Assembly (NCBI GenBank): GCA_965237375.1
Contig: CBDEFI010000002.1
Location: forward strand, 197,499 to 261,498
Origin: Acidimicrobiales bacterium
GTDB lineage: Bacteria > Actinomycetota > Acidimicrobiia > Acidimicrobiales > CATQHL01
Length of the DNA: 64,000 bases
Direction: 5' to 3'
The position numbers were made by a program, and so were the translations under genes. The number at the start of each line of letters is the position of its first letter. Within the stretch, counting starts at the first letter, position 1. Below, piece by piece: positions 27,552 to 37,005 of this stretch. The notes below the pieces were generated by a model. That model did no database searches. It saw nothing but the letters and a program-made list of their open reading frames with translations, and was not told the DNA's origin.

Positions 27552-27673
27552 GGGATCCTCCCCGGACGTGTGCAGGAGGTCCTGCACGATGTAGCGGGTG
27601 CTCTGCCCTTACAGCCCTAATGCTTAAGTAGAGCCTGAGAGTTAGCAGAACACCCTCTCGTTGAACAAGAAGT

Positions 27674-28468
27674 CTACAGACATACGGGAGTTCGCGTCAA
27701 CACCGGCGTATTGGCAGCTCGAACGTCCAAACGGTCGAGGCAGCGGAGATTTACCTTCTCCATGAAAGTTTGCACCGCCACAAGTTTCTCCGTGAGATTG
27801 CGACCATCCCCCAAAACCGCCACACCGGGCGCATGAAAGTCCAGGACGAACCCCTCCGGGGTCACCACGACGGCTCTGACGGCCGATCGCACCGGTTCGT
27901 ACAGCGCCGCAGCCACGTCGACCGCCTCAAGGTAGTTGCGGGCGACCCAACCACCGGGAGTCGCTGCGGTGACACTCAACCCTTCCACTGCTGGAACACC
28001 CGAGTGGGCCGCCGATGTCACCGAGAGCACCCGCCCCGCGGAGTCCACCGTGGCCCATGCCCCCGGAACCGCCACAGCAGCGACCGGGGTTCTTTCGGCG
28101 ATCGTGAAGCTCACCCTCCCATCCCACGAGCGGCGCGAGTACACCTCCGCGACCCAGGGCAACCGGGCTATGCGTGCCCGGGCGTTCGCCAGATCCAGAC
28201 CCAGCAGAGGCTCACCCCTGGCGATACCGGCCGCGGACAGGACGTCCGCCTCGGGCGTCTGACCGATGCCCTGCACCCGTATCTCGTCGATGTCGAGGAG
28301 TTCACTGCGGGTCGTCAAGAATCCGCAGAGTAAGACCAGCGAGAGCAGAAGGGAACTCCACAGCACTCGTCGGCGGCGCCGCTCACCTACCCGGGCCGCC
28401 TCGATGCTCACCGCTGTGCGACGTTGGGCTATGCGCGGGTGAGGTACCCCAGGTGCCTTGACCGTCAT
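27674..28468 (-). CDS. ftsQ: cell division protein FtsQ (POTRA domain)
   Basis: The ATG overlaps the murB stop (ATGA). It has a basic cytoplasmic tail, one TM helix (LWSSLLLSLVLLCGFL), then a POTRA-like IDEIRVQG. The position before ftsZ is conserved. Confidence 0.8.
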   Translation of the reverse strand: MTVKAPGVPHPRIAQRRTAVSIEAARVGERRRRRVLWSSLLLSLVLLCGFLTTRSELLDIDEIRVQGIGQTPEADVLSAAGIARGEPLLGLDLANARARIARLPWVAEVYSRRSWDGRVSFTIAERTPVAAVAVPGAWATVDSAGRVLSVTSAAHSGVPAVEGLSVTAATPGGWVARNYLEAVDVAAALYEPVRSAVRAVVVTPEGFVLDFHAPGVAVLGDGRNLTEKLVAVQTFMEKVNLRCLDRLDVRAANTPVLTRTPVCL

Positions 28469-29424
28469 CCGGTACTCCTTTCAGGACCGTCGAAACCCAC
28501 AATCCGGGTCTCCGGAGACAGCCGTATGCCGCTGTCGGATTCGACACGTCGCGCCACCTCGGCCATCAGGGCGCGGACGTCGGCGGCGGAACCGCCGGGG
28601 TCGGCCACGATGAAGTTGGCATGGCGGTCCGACACCGCCGCGGTGCCGAGGCGCAGGCCTTTACAGCCGGCCGCCTCTACGAGACGCCCCGCTGCATCGT
28701 CGGGCGGGTTGATGAACACCGACCCGGTGTTGGCCCCGCCGGGCTGATTGCGCCGGCGCCAGCGTACGACCTCTCGTATCTCCTGTTCCTCCCGACGGGA
28801 ATCGCTCGATCTGAGCAGAAGCTCGACCTCTACTACAACGTGATGGTCGAGTAGCGCAGAGCGCCTGTACCCGAGATCAAGATCCTCACGAGTGAGGGAA
28901 CGCTCCTGTGCTGCCGCCAGATCCACCACAACCGCCCGGCGGAGGGTCTCGCGCATATCGGATCCGTGCCCTCCGGCGTTCATGCGAACAGCGCCGCCAA
29001 CACTGCCCGGTACGCCAACGGCCCAACTGAACCCGCCCAGTCCCGCAACGGCACACTGCCGAGCCAGAACCGGCAGCGGTACCGCTCCACCGGCGGTCAC
29101 CGTCGGGGCGTCGATGCTGCTGGTCGCGAATGCGTCACCCAGCCGCAGCGCCACACCGTCGAACCCGGCATCACTTACCAGGAGGTTGGAACCGAGCCCC
29201 ACGACCAGGACGTCCCAACCCTCCCCCGCCGCCGCCGTCGCGAAACGCAACAAGTCCTCACGGGAAGCGACCTCCACGAACACGCGGGCCGGGCCGCCGA
29301 CGCGGTAGGTGCTGAGCGCCCCCAGCGGCGCCTCGGTCAGGATCCGGGCGCCATCCATGAGGCGGCGGAGCCGCTCGGCTACGTCCTCCCAGTCGCGCTC
29401 GGGCGCGTGCTGCTGTGCCGTCAC
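28465..29424 (-). CDS. murB: UDP-N-acetylenolpyruvoylglucosamine reductase
   Basis: FAD-binding N-terminus (LSTYRVGGPARVFVEV, LGSNLLVSD), GGAVRMNAGGHG, and a C-terminal SVFINPP...HANFIV. Confidence 0.9.
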   Translation of the reverse strand: MTAQQHAPERDWEDVAERLRRLMDGARILTEAPLGALSTYRVGGPARVFVEVASREDLLRFATAAAGEGWDVLVVGLGSNLLVSDAGFDGVALRLGDAFATSSIDAPTVTAGGAVPLPVLARQCAVAGLGGFSWAVGVPGSVGGAVRMNAGGHGSDMRETLRRAVVVDLAAAQERSLTREDLDLGYRRSALLDHHVVVEVELLLRSSDSRREEQEIREVVRWRRRNQPGGANTGSVFINPPDDAAGRLVEAAGCKGLRLGTAAVSDRHANFIVADPGGSAADVRALMAEVARRVESDSGIRLSPETRIVGFDGPERSTG

Positions 29425-30833
29425 CGGCTCAACTCCGCCATGATCTCCGTCGGCAACGTCGTCAGGTCACCGGCGTTGAGGGTGAGGCAAAGATCGCCGG
29501 CGCGCAACTCCTCCTTCAGGTAACCCAAGAGATCGCTGCGGTGGGGGAACCATCCGACCCGCTTGTGCGGCTCGGCGTCCAGTACGGCGTCCACGAGAAG
29601 CTTGCCGCTGACGCCCGGTTGAGCACGCTCCCCTGCGCCGTACACGTCGGTCAGGACCACGAGGTCGGCCTCGTCGAATGCGCCGCCGAAGTCGCGCCAC
29701 AACGAGGCGGTGCGCGTGTAGCGATGCGGTTGGTAAACGCAGACGACACGCCGCCAACCACCGGCACGCGCTGTGCGCAGCACGGCGGACACCTCGCCAG
29801 GGAGATGGGCGTAGTCGTCGATGAAAGTGATTCCCCCGGCCTCGCCGCGGAACTCGTAGCGCCGCGCCACTCCCCCGTAATGCGCCAGGATGTCCGCGCT
29901 TCGGGTCAGGGGCACACCCAGATGCCGGGCGCACGCCATGGCGGCCACTGCGTTGAGGGCGTTGTGCTCCCCCGGCACGGGCAACCGCACCTCCGCTCGG
30001 TCGCCGTCGTCGTGGCGCACGGTGAAACGCACACCGGCACGGGACGGCCGGAGATCCTCCACGAGCAGAGCAGCGCCGCCGGTGCACCCGTAGCCGACCG
30101 TCGCCGGATGTTGGGCGGCGTACCGGCGCCCCCACGGATCGTCGGTGCACACCAGCGTGAATCCCGCTACCTCACCGAGGAACGTTTCGAAGGCGTCATG
30201 GAGTCCGGTAACGGACCCGTAACGGTCCAGATGGTCCGCCTCGACGCTGGTGACCACGGCGGCTTCGGGCGCGAGTCCCAGGAAGGTTCCGTCGCTCTCG
30301 TCGGCCTCGACGATGAGCCACTCGCCTGCCGCCCACATAGCACCGCTGCCGATCTCGTTCACGTCCCCGCCGACGATGAACGACGGCTCGCAACCGGCCT
30401 CGGTCAGGACCAGACTGAGCATGGAGGCGGTGGTGGTCTTGCCGTGGGTGCCGGCCACCGCGAGCGTGCGACGCAGGCGGCAGATGGCCGCCAACACCTC
30501 GGCGCGGGAGTGCACGGGGATGCCGGACCGCCTGGCCTCGCGGATCTCCACGTTCCGATCCGCCACGGCGCTCGAGCGCGCCACGAGGTCGGGGCGCGCC
30601 GAGTGCGCCGCACCGTTGCCGATACTCGACGGGTCGGCGACGTGTTCGGCGCTGTGGCCCACGACCACAGGCACACCCGACGCCCGCAGACGGTCGAGGG
30701 CAGCGGAGGTCTTCAGGTCGGAGCCTGTCACGAAGTGTCCCAGCTCGACCAGCACCGTGGCGATGGCGCTCATGCCGGCTCCGCCGATGCCGACGACGTG
30801 CACGTGCTTTCGGTCCCGCAGGTCGATGCTCAT
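29421..30833 (-). CDS. murC: UDP-N-acetylmuramate--L-alanine ligase
   Basis: HVVGIGGAGMSAIA (Rossmann fold), P-loop VAGTHGKTTTASML, and DDYAHLPGEV (the MurC DDYAHHP motif). Confidence 0.95.
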   Translation of the reverse strand: MSIDLRDRKHVHVVGIGGAGMSAIATVLVELGHFVTGSDLKTSAALDRLRASGVPVVVGHSAEHVADPSSIGNGAAHSARPDLVARSSAVADRNVEIREARRSGIPVHSRAEVLAAICRLRRTLAVAGTHGKTTTASMLSLVLTEAGCEPSFIVGGDVNEIGSGAMWAAGEWLIVEADESDGTFLGLAPEAAVVTSVEADHLDRYGSVTGLHDAFETFLGEVAGFTLVCTDDPWGRRYAAQHPATVGYGCTGGAALLVEDLRPSRAGVRFTVRHDDGDRAEVRLPVPGEHNALNAVAAMACARHLGVPLTRSADILAHYGGVARRYEFRGEAGGITFIDDYAHLPGEVSAVLRTARAGGWRRVVCVYQPHRYTRTASLWRDFGGAFDEADLVVLTDVYGAGERAQPGVSGKLLVDAVLDAEPHKRVGWFPHRSDLLGYLKEELRAGDLCLTLNAGDLTTLPTEIMAELSR

Positions 30834-32011
30834 GGATCCGGTGCCTGCCGAGCGTGCGCCCGGAGGAGTTCCGCCACCCGCTCGGCCGCCTCGGGGGTAC
30901 CCAGCCGGCTCGCGGCTCGTCCCATTTCCTGCAGCCTTGCCGGATCAGCCAGAAGGTCCGTCACGATCTCTCCCAGCCGTGCCGGTCCCAGCTCCTCGTC
31001 GGGCACCACGAGGGCGGCGCCCGCCTCAGCCAGTGCCGCAGCATTCGCGGCCTGGTGCCCGCCCGTGGCGTGGCCCAGCGGGACCAGCACGGCCGGCCGC
31101 CCTGCTACTGCCAACTCCGCCACGGCACCCCCGCCCGCCCGGCTGATCACCAGGTCGGCTGCAGCCAGGACGGTCGGCATGTCGGTCTCGTAGGCAACCG
31201 GCTCGTAGTGCAGCCGCCCCGGCTGGGCCGGTTGTGCGACCGGTGAGTCCGCGCGGGCGGCTCCGGCTCCGACCACGTGGCGCACGGAGAGGTCGCCGCG
31301 CTCGGCAAGGGCGCCGCAGACACCGCTGACAGCGTCGTTGAGGCTCGCTGCTCCCAGAGATCCGCCGAGGGCCACAATCAGATGACGATCCGGGTCGACC
31401 TGTAGCGCCCGGCGAGCCAGCGCGCGCCGCTCTTCGTCTCCCGCGACCCCGTCGGTTGCGCCGTGCAGCAGGGCGATCTCCCGGCGCACCGGCAGACCGG
31501 TCAGCACCTTGCGGGCCAGTGCGGTGCCGGGAAACGCCACGGCGCAGGCTACGGCCCAGCGGGCCGCGAGCCTGTTGGCAAGCCCGGCGGTGGCGTTGGC
31601 CTCCAGTACCACGACAGGTATCCGCCGGAGGCGTGCCGCAAGAGCACAGGCTGCGCTCACGTAGCCGCCCTGGGCCAGAACCACCTGCGGCGCGAGGCGG
31701 CCCAGCAGTCGCCAGCACTGCCAGACGCCCCTTACCAAGGCACCTACGGCGATCAGATTTGCCGGGCTCAGCCGTCGCTGCAGACCCCGCGCCGTGATCG
31801 CCGTAGCGGTGAACCCGGCACTGGCCACCACCTCGCTGTCCAGAGCACGGCGACTCACCGCGAAGTGGAAGTCCGCAGCACTGTGGCCGCACCTCATAAG
31901 CGCCTCCGCCACGGCGAGGCCGGGGTAGATGTGGCCGGCGGTACCGCCGCCCGCCACGACCGCCCAGGCCGCGTCGTCCCGGCCCGCAGCAACGGCCCGC
32001 CGACTGTTCAC
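30830..32011 (-). CDS. murG: undecaprenyldiphospho-muramoylpentapeptide beta-N-acetylglucosaminyltransferase
   Basis: GTG at 32011 overlaps the ftsW stop (GTGA). GGGTAGHIYPGLAVAEAL and ISRAGGGAVAELAVAGRPAVLVP are MurG motifs. The rest of ORF 30830..33487 is an alternate frame across ftsW. Confidence 0.92.
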   Translation of the reverse strand: MNSRRAVAAGRDDAAWAVVAGGGTAGHIYPGLAVAEALMRCGHSAADFHFAVSRRALDSEVVASAGFTATAITARGLQRRLSPANLIAVGALVRGVWQCWRLLGRLAPQVVLAQGGYVSAACALAARLRRIPVVVLEANATAGLANRLAARWAVACAVAFPGTALARKVLTGLPVRREIALLHGATDGVAGDEERRALARRALQVDPDRHLIVALGGSLGAASLNDAVSGVCGALAERGDLSVRHVVGAGAARADSPVAQPAQPGRLHYEPVAYETDMPTVLAAADLVISRAGGGAVAELAVAGRPAVLVPLGHATGGHQAANAAALAEAGAALVVPDEELGPARLGEIVTDLLADPARLQEMGRAASRLGTPEAAERVAELLRAHARQAPDP

Positions 32012-33180
32012 GGAGTCCTGCCCTGGCGGGCCACGTTCAACAGGATTCCCGCGGCCGCGAGGTTCACCAGAAGGCTGGAACCGCCGTAGGAGATGAACGG
32101 AAGGGTCACGCCCATCGTCGGCAACATGCCCAATGCCACAGCGATGTTGCTGAAGGCCTGCAGTACGAACCAACCGCTGATACCCGCGGCCAGGAACGCT
32201 CCGTAGGGATCGGGAGCGTCGCGCACGGCACGGACCCCCAGAACGCCCAACGCCAGGAACAGCAGAACCACGAACCCGGCGCCGATCAGGCCCAGCTCCT
32301 CGGCGATGATGACGAAGATGAAGTCGGTGTGGGCATAGGGCAGGAACGCCAGGCTGGCTCGGCTTCCGCCCGGGCCCAAGCCGGTGAGGCCTCCCGAGGC
32401 GATCCCCACCTGCGCCTGCACAGCCTGGTAGCCGATCCCGTAAGGGTCCGACCAGGGATCGAAGAAGGAGAACAGACGCGCCCGGCGGTAACCGATGAGC
32501 AGTGTGAACAGTGCCACCGCACCGAGCCCCAGCACCAGCAGCCCTGACAGCCGGCGGCCGGACAGACCTGCCATGAACAGCATCGTCAGCAGGATCCCCG
32601 CCAGCAGGATGACCGTACCCAGGCTGGGCTGGGCCAGTATGAGTCCCGCCATCGTTCCGAACACCACCGCCAGGGGCAGAAGAACCGACCTGAAGCTGTC
32701 CACCCGGTCGACACGCCGCGACAGCAAGGAGGCCCCGAAAAGAACCAGGGCAAGCTTGGCGGGCTCCGACGGCTGAACGTAGAGCCCCCCCAACCGGAGC
32801 CACCGGACCGAACCGTTGGCGGTCACCGACAGCGGCGAGGGAATCAGCAGGAACGCGAGAGCCGCCAGGGTGACCACGATCGCCCCCGTCGTGAACAGTG
32901 GGGCCCGCCAGCGGTGGTAATCCACCCGCAACGTCACGATGCAGGCGACGAACCCCAGCGCCAACCACACGCCTTGGCGCTGGGCGTGATGAAAGGCCGA
33001 GCCGGCGCTGTTGATGGAGCTGACCGTCGAGGACGACAGGACCATGACGAGCCCCAGAGTGCTCAGCGTCACCACGACCAGGAAGAGACCCACGAAGGTG
33101 CCCGAGCGCCGCCCGACGGGAGGCCTCAGACGGAGGCGGGACGGACGGGCGGCCGCCGGGCGAGTCGCCACGACGCTCAT
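32008..33180 (-). CDS. ftsW: SEDS-family peptidoglycan glycosyltransferase FtsW
   Basis: ATG at 33180 overlaps the murD stop (ATGA). It has about 10 TM helices and the SEDS motifs QPSEPAKLALVLF, TDFIFVIIAEELG and TLPFISYGGSS. Confidence 0.92.
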   Translation of the reverse strand: MSVVATRPAAARPSRLRLRPPVGRRSGTFVGLFLVVVTLSTLGLVMVLSSSTVSSINSAGSAFHHAQRQGVWLALGFVACIVTLRVDYHRWRAPLFTTGAIVVTLAALAFLLIPSPLSVTANGSVRWLRLGGLYVQPSEPAKLALVLFGASLLSRRVDRVDSFRSVLLPLAVVFGTMAGLILAQPSLGTVILLAGILLTMLFMAGLSGRRLSGLLVLGLGAVALFTLLIGYRRARLFSFFDPWSDPYGIGYQAVQAQVGIASGGLTGLGPGGSRASLAFLPYAHTDFIFVIIAEELGLIGAGFVVLLFLALGVLGVRAVRDAPDPYGAFLAAGISGWFVLQAFSNIAVALGMLPTMGVTLPFISYGGSSLLVNLAAAGILLNVARQGRTP

Positions 33181-34511
33181 CGGAGCCCGCCCTTTCCGAG
33201 AGCGGCGTGCACGGCGGCGGTGAAGTCCTCGCCACGCTGCACGTAGGAGCCGTACCAATCGAAAGAGGCGCAACCGGGGGACAGCACGACCGCGTCACCC
33301 GGGGCGGCCACCTCGCCTGCGGCGGCCACGGCGGCGGCCATGTCGCCGGCGGTCCGGACGGGACGTAGACCGGAAAAGACCGAGCGGACCTCTCCGGCAC
33401 ACTCCCCGATCGCCACGACCGCCCGGACGGAGGGGGCGGCAGCAGCCAGCCGGGACAGGTCCAGACCTTTGTTGCGCCCGCCGGCAATCAGAACCAGGGA
33501 CTCGAAGGCACCTGCCGCGGCAAGGGTGGCATCGGGAGTGGTGGCGCTCGAGTCGTTGTACCAACGACCGGTTTCGGTCTCAGCCACCAGTTCCAAGCAA
33601 TTCGGCAGGCCCCGGAACGCTTGCAGCGCTGCGCGTACGTCCTCGGGGGGCGCGCCGGCGGCGAGCGCGCAGGCCGCGACCGCTTCGGCGTTGCGCAGGT
33701 CGTGAGGGAAACGCCGCGGCAAGTCGGCGGATTCCAACAACTGCTCACCACAGGCCCACAGCACACCGTCGCGCATCGCCACGTCACTGCGGGCATCGCC
33801 GAAGGTCAGGACGCGCCCACCACGGGGACGCCGGCCCGTCACCACTTCGTCGCCCGCGTTCACAACGGCCACATCGCCCTGCCCGTGATGGCGCCAGATG
33901 GTGGCCTTGGCATCCTCGTAGGCGCTCAGGGAGGCGTGTACGTCGAGGTGGTCGGGAGCGAAGTTCAACCAGGCGGCCACCCGCGGCACGAAGCGGTGGC
34001 TGCGCCCCAGACGGAAGGAGGAGGCCTCCACGACGAACAGCGCCGGTTCCGGGGCCCCGATGGCCCGCACGAGGGGTAGTTCGTTGTTCCCGGCCGCGAC
34101 GGCCCGAACACTTGGGTCAAGCGCCGCCGTCACGAGAGTTGTGACGGTGGTCTTGCCGTTGGTACCGGTGATCGCCACGACAGGCCGCTGGTCCCAACCG
34201 GCGGCGAGGTCGAGTTCACTGGTGACCTGGGTGCCGGCCGCGGCTGCGGCCGCCAACCCTCGATGGCGGTCCGGCAGTCCCGGGGTGGGCACGAAGGCAC
34301 TGCAACGTTGCATCAGCTGCGCCAGTTCGCGGGCCTCCGGCGGGGGCCGCAGCGGGACGCCCAGAGCCTCGGTGATCGCCCGCGTCGCTTCTGTGGGGTT
34401 GTCGTCGATGGCAACGATCTCGCTGCCGTGCTGGAGGGCGGCTTCCGCCACAGCCAGATTCGTGGCACCCATGCCCCACAGAATGAGGGGACCGCCGTGT
34501 GTCGACCTCAC
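33177..34511 (-). CDS. murD: UDP-N-acetylmuramoylalanine--D-glutamate ligase
   Basis: GTG at 34511 overlaps the mraY stop (GTGA). P-loop ITGTNGKTTVTTL, with NDSSATTP (MurD-type DSKATN variant) and GGRNKGLD. Confidence 0.92.
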   Translation of the reverse strand: MRSTHGGPLILWGMGATNLAVAEAALQHGSEIVAIDDNPTEATRAITEALGVPLRPPPEARELAQLMQRCSAFVPTPGLPDRHRGLAAAAAAGTQVTSELDLAAGWDQRPVVAITGTNGKTTVTTLVTAALDPSVRAVAAGNNELPLVRAIGAPEPALFVVEASSFRLGRSHRFVPRVAAWLNFAPDHLDVHASLSAYEDAKATIWRHHGQGDVAVVNAGDEVVTGRRPRGGRVLTFGDARSDVAMRDGVLWACGEQLLESADLPRRFPHDLRNAEAVAACALAAGAPPEDVRAALQAFRGLPNCLELVAETETGRWYNDSSATTPDATLAAAGAFESLVLIAGGRNKGLDLSRLAAAAPSVRAVVAIGECAGEVRSVFSGLRPVRTAGDMAAAVAAAGEVAAPGDAVVLSPGCASFDWYGSYVQRGEDFTAAVHAALGKGGLR

Positions 34512-35566
34512 GGCGCCGATCCTGAGTTCGTGCCGCCCTCCAGGGAGGGGAAGAAGTCGGCATAGAACAGGCCGAGGGCCACCGCCGTGGCGAAGCCGGC
34601 GAGCAGCCAGAAACGGACGATGACCCACGTCTCGTGCCAGTTGCGCTTCTCGAAGTGGTGGTGCAACGGCGCCATGGCGAACAGCCGGCGGCCGTTGCGC
34701 ATCTTGAACACAGCCACCTGCAGGATCACCGAGAGAGTCTCGACAACGAACAACGCGCACATGATGGGAAGCAGTAGATGCGTGTTGGTGGTCAGTGCCA
34801 GACAGGCCAGAGCCGTCCCGATGGGCAGCGACCCGGTGTCGCCCATGATGATCCGGGCCGGGGCGGCGTTCCACCACAGGAATCCGGCGCAGCCGCCGAG
34901 CATCGCGGCGCCGACGACGGCGAGGTCCAGGGCGTGAGGCAACTGGTAGAGGTCGACGTGCCGGAACGCCCAATAGCCGATGATGGTGAAAGCCGCGAAA
35001 TTGAACATGCTGGCGCCTGCGGCGAGACCGTCCAAGCCGTCGGTCAGGTTGACAGCGTTGGCGGTCGCGACGATGACCAGCACGGCCCAGATGACCCATC
35101 CCACCGGGCCGAGATCCCAGCCGATGCTGCCGACACGGGTGAACGACAACTCGGTGCTGACATCGGTGGAAGTGACCGTGAGGATGGCAAATCCGGTGGC
35201 GACGGCGCAAAGGCCGAGCATCTTGGCTCTCTTGCCGAGACCCTTCCGTTCGGCGAAGTTCACCTGCAACCAATCGTCCACTAGGCCGACACCGGTAGCG
35301 GCCAGAATCGCGAACATCACGAAGAGCCCCGTCCAGGTGAAGATTCCTCCGTAGAGGAAGTGGCTGACGGCGTAGCCCGCGCATGCACCACCGACGATCG
35401 CCAGACCACCCATCGTGGGGGTTCCCTGCTTGCGCGCGTGCGTCTCCGGTAGATCGCTGTCGATGGGTTGCCCCAAGCCGCGCCCTCGGAACCAAGCGAT
35501 CAACAGGCGTGTTCCCACCAGTGACACGACCACGGCGATGCCGGCGGCGAGCAGGAGACGGATCAC
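34508..35566 (-). CDS. mraY: phospho-N-acetylmuramoyl-pentapeptide transferase
   Basis: The GTG start overlaps the murE stop (GTGA). KQGTPTMGG, NAVNLTDGLDGLA and the HHHFE motif are present, with 10 TM helices. Confidence 0.95.
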   Translation of the reverse strand: MIRLLLAAGIAVVVSLVGTRLLIAWFRGRGLGQPIDSDLPETHARKQGTPTMGGLAIVGGACAGYAVSHFLYGGIFTWTGLFVMFAILAATGVGLVDDWLQVNFAERKGLGKRAKMLGLCAVATGFAILTVTSTDVSTELSFTRVGSIGWDLGPVGWVIWAVLVIVATANAVNLTDGLDGLAAGASMFNFAAFTIIGYWAFRHVDLYQLPHALDLAVVGAAMLGGCAGFLWWNAAPARIIMGDTGSLPIGTALACLALTTNTHLLLPIMCALFVVETLSVILQVAVFKMRNGRRLFAMAPLHHHFEKRNWHETWVIVRFWLLAGFATAVALGLFYADFFPSLEGGTNSGSAP

Positions 35567-37005
35567 CGCCCGACGACCTCCCCGGGCGCGCGTGGGGCCA
35601 GCAGCTCCCGGACGACCTCCCGGTCATCGAACGGGAAAGCCCGATCGCCGATGATCTGGATGCGCTCGTGACCCTTGCCCGCGACGATCACCACATCTCC
35701 CACCGCAGCGCCCCCCAAGGCCGACGCGATGGCGCGGCGGCGGTCAAGCTCGACCTCGCCCGCGCCGGCGGGTACGCCGGCCATGATCTGTTGGGCGATG
35801 CGCCGGGGATCCTCGCTACGCGGGTTGTCGGAAGTGACGACGACTCTGTCGGCCAGGCGGGAGGCGATGTCACCCATCGCCTCCCGCTTGGTCGGATCCC
35901 GGTCGCCCCCGCAGCCAAAGACCACGGTGAGGCGAGCGTGTGCCGGTGCAAGGATGCGCCCGGCGCACAGCAGCTGCTCCAATGCTGCGGGAGAATGAGC
36001 GAAGTCCACGATGACCACAACAGGCGTTTCGGCCACCACCTCGAACCGGCCCGGCAGCCTCGCCGGCTGCTCGAGGCCGACCCGGATTGCCTGCAATCCG
36101 ATGCCCAGCGCTTGCGCTGTTGACGCCGCGGTCACGGCGTTGGCGACGTTCACCGCGCCACCCAGTGGCAGCGCCACCTCGATGCCCTGCCAGCGGAATC
36201 GGCTGAGCCGTGCAGTGGCCACCAGCACCTCGGCGTCGGCAACCGAGCAGCGACGGGCATCATCACCGAGTTCGTCGGCCAGGCGCCGACCCCACGTGCT
36301 GTCGGTGCACACCACCGGAATCTGCGTCCGGCCGGCCTCGAACAAGCTCCTCTTGGCGGCGAAATAGTCCTCCATCGTGTCGTGGTAGTCCAGATGCTCG
36401 GGGCTCAGGTTGGTGAACACTCCGGCGGCGAAACGGAGACCCTCCACCCGTTTCTGCCGCAGTGCATGTGACGTGACCTCCAGCACCGCAGCGCCTGCAC
36501 CCGCGGCACGCTCCTGGCTGAGGATGCGGGCCAGTTCGGTGGCCACCGGCGTGGTGAGAGCCCCGCCGAGTGTGCCCACCACCGCGCACCGCCTGCCCTC
36601 CGCCTCCAGAATGGCGCCCAGAAAGCGCGCGACGGTGGTCTTACCGTTGGTGCCCGTGACCCCTATGAGGTCCAGATGCTCCTGGGGCGATCCCGCCAGG
36701 GCCAGGGCCAGGGGGCCCAGTGCGGTGCGCACGTCCGGTACCACCACCTGCGGCAGCCGGACCGACAGGGGCCGCTGCACCACCAACGCCGCCGCGCCTG
36801 CTGCGGCCGCCGCGGCGGCGAAATCGTGTCCGTCGTACCGCAGGCCGCGCAGACAACAGAACACGGCCCCCGCTCGGATGTGCCGGGAGTCCTCGCAGAC
36901 CGACGACACGATCGGATCGGCGTCGGGACCCTCACCGGGCAGCAGATCGTGGGCGACCCCGCTGCGACGCAGCAACTCCCCGAGGGTCTGCCGTTCAGCC
37001 ATCAC
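35563..37005 (-). CDS. murE: UDP-N-acetylmuramoyl-L-alanyl-D-glutamate--2,6-diaminopimelate ligase
   Basis: P-loop VTGTNGKTTVARFL and the meso-DAP specificity motif TSDNPRSEDP. The start is GTG 37005 or ATG 37002, overlapping the ftsI 3' end. Confidence 0.92.
   Translation of the reverse strand: MMAERQTLGELLRRSGVAHDLLPGEGPDADPIVSSVCEDSRHIRAGAVFCCLRGLRYDGHDFAAAAAAAGAAALVVQRPLSVRLPQVVVPDVRTALGPLALALAGSPQEHLDLIGVTGTNGKTTVARFLGAILEAEGRRCAVVGTLGGALTTPVATELARILSQERAAGAGAAVLEVTSHALRQKRVEGLRFAAGVFTNLSPEHLDYHDTMEDYFAAKRSLFEAGRTQIPVVCTDSTWGRRLADELGDDARRCSVADAEVLVATARLSRFRWQGIEVALPLGGAVNVANAVTAASTAQALGIGLQAIRVGLEQPARLPGRFEVVAETPVVVIVDFAHSPAALEQLLCAGRILAPAHARLTVVFGCGGDRDPTKREAMGDIASRLADRVVVTSDNPRSEDPRRIAQQIMAGVPAGAGEVELDRRRAIASALGGAAVGDVVIVAGKGHERIQIIGDRAFPFDDREVVRELLAPRAPGEVVGR

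Noticed and set aside
30830-35627. The 885-aa and 816-aa ORFs (30830..33487 and 33177..35627) read as giant fusion proteins
   Set aside because: Each is a real gene (murG, murD) whose frame happens to stay open across the upstream gene (ftsW, mraY). Internal GTG starts that form 4-nt overlaps with the upstream stop codons give proteins of normal length.
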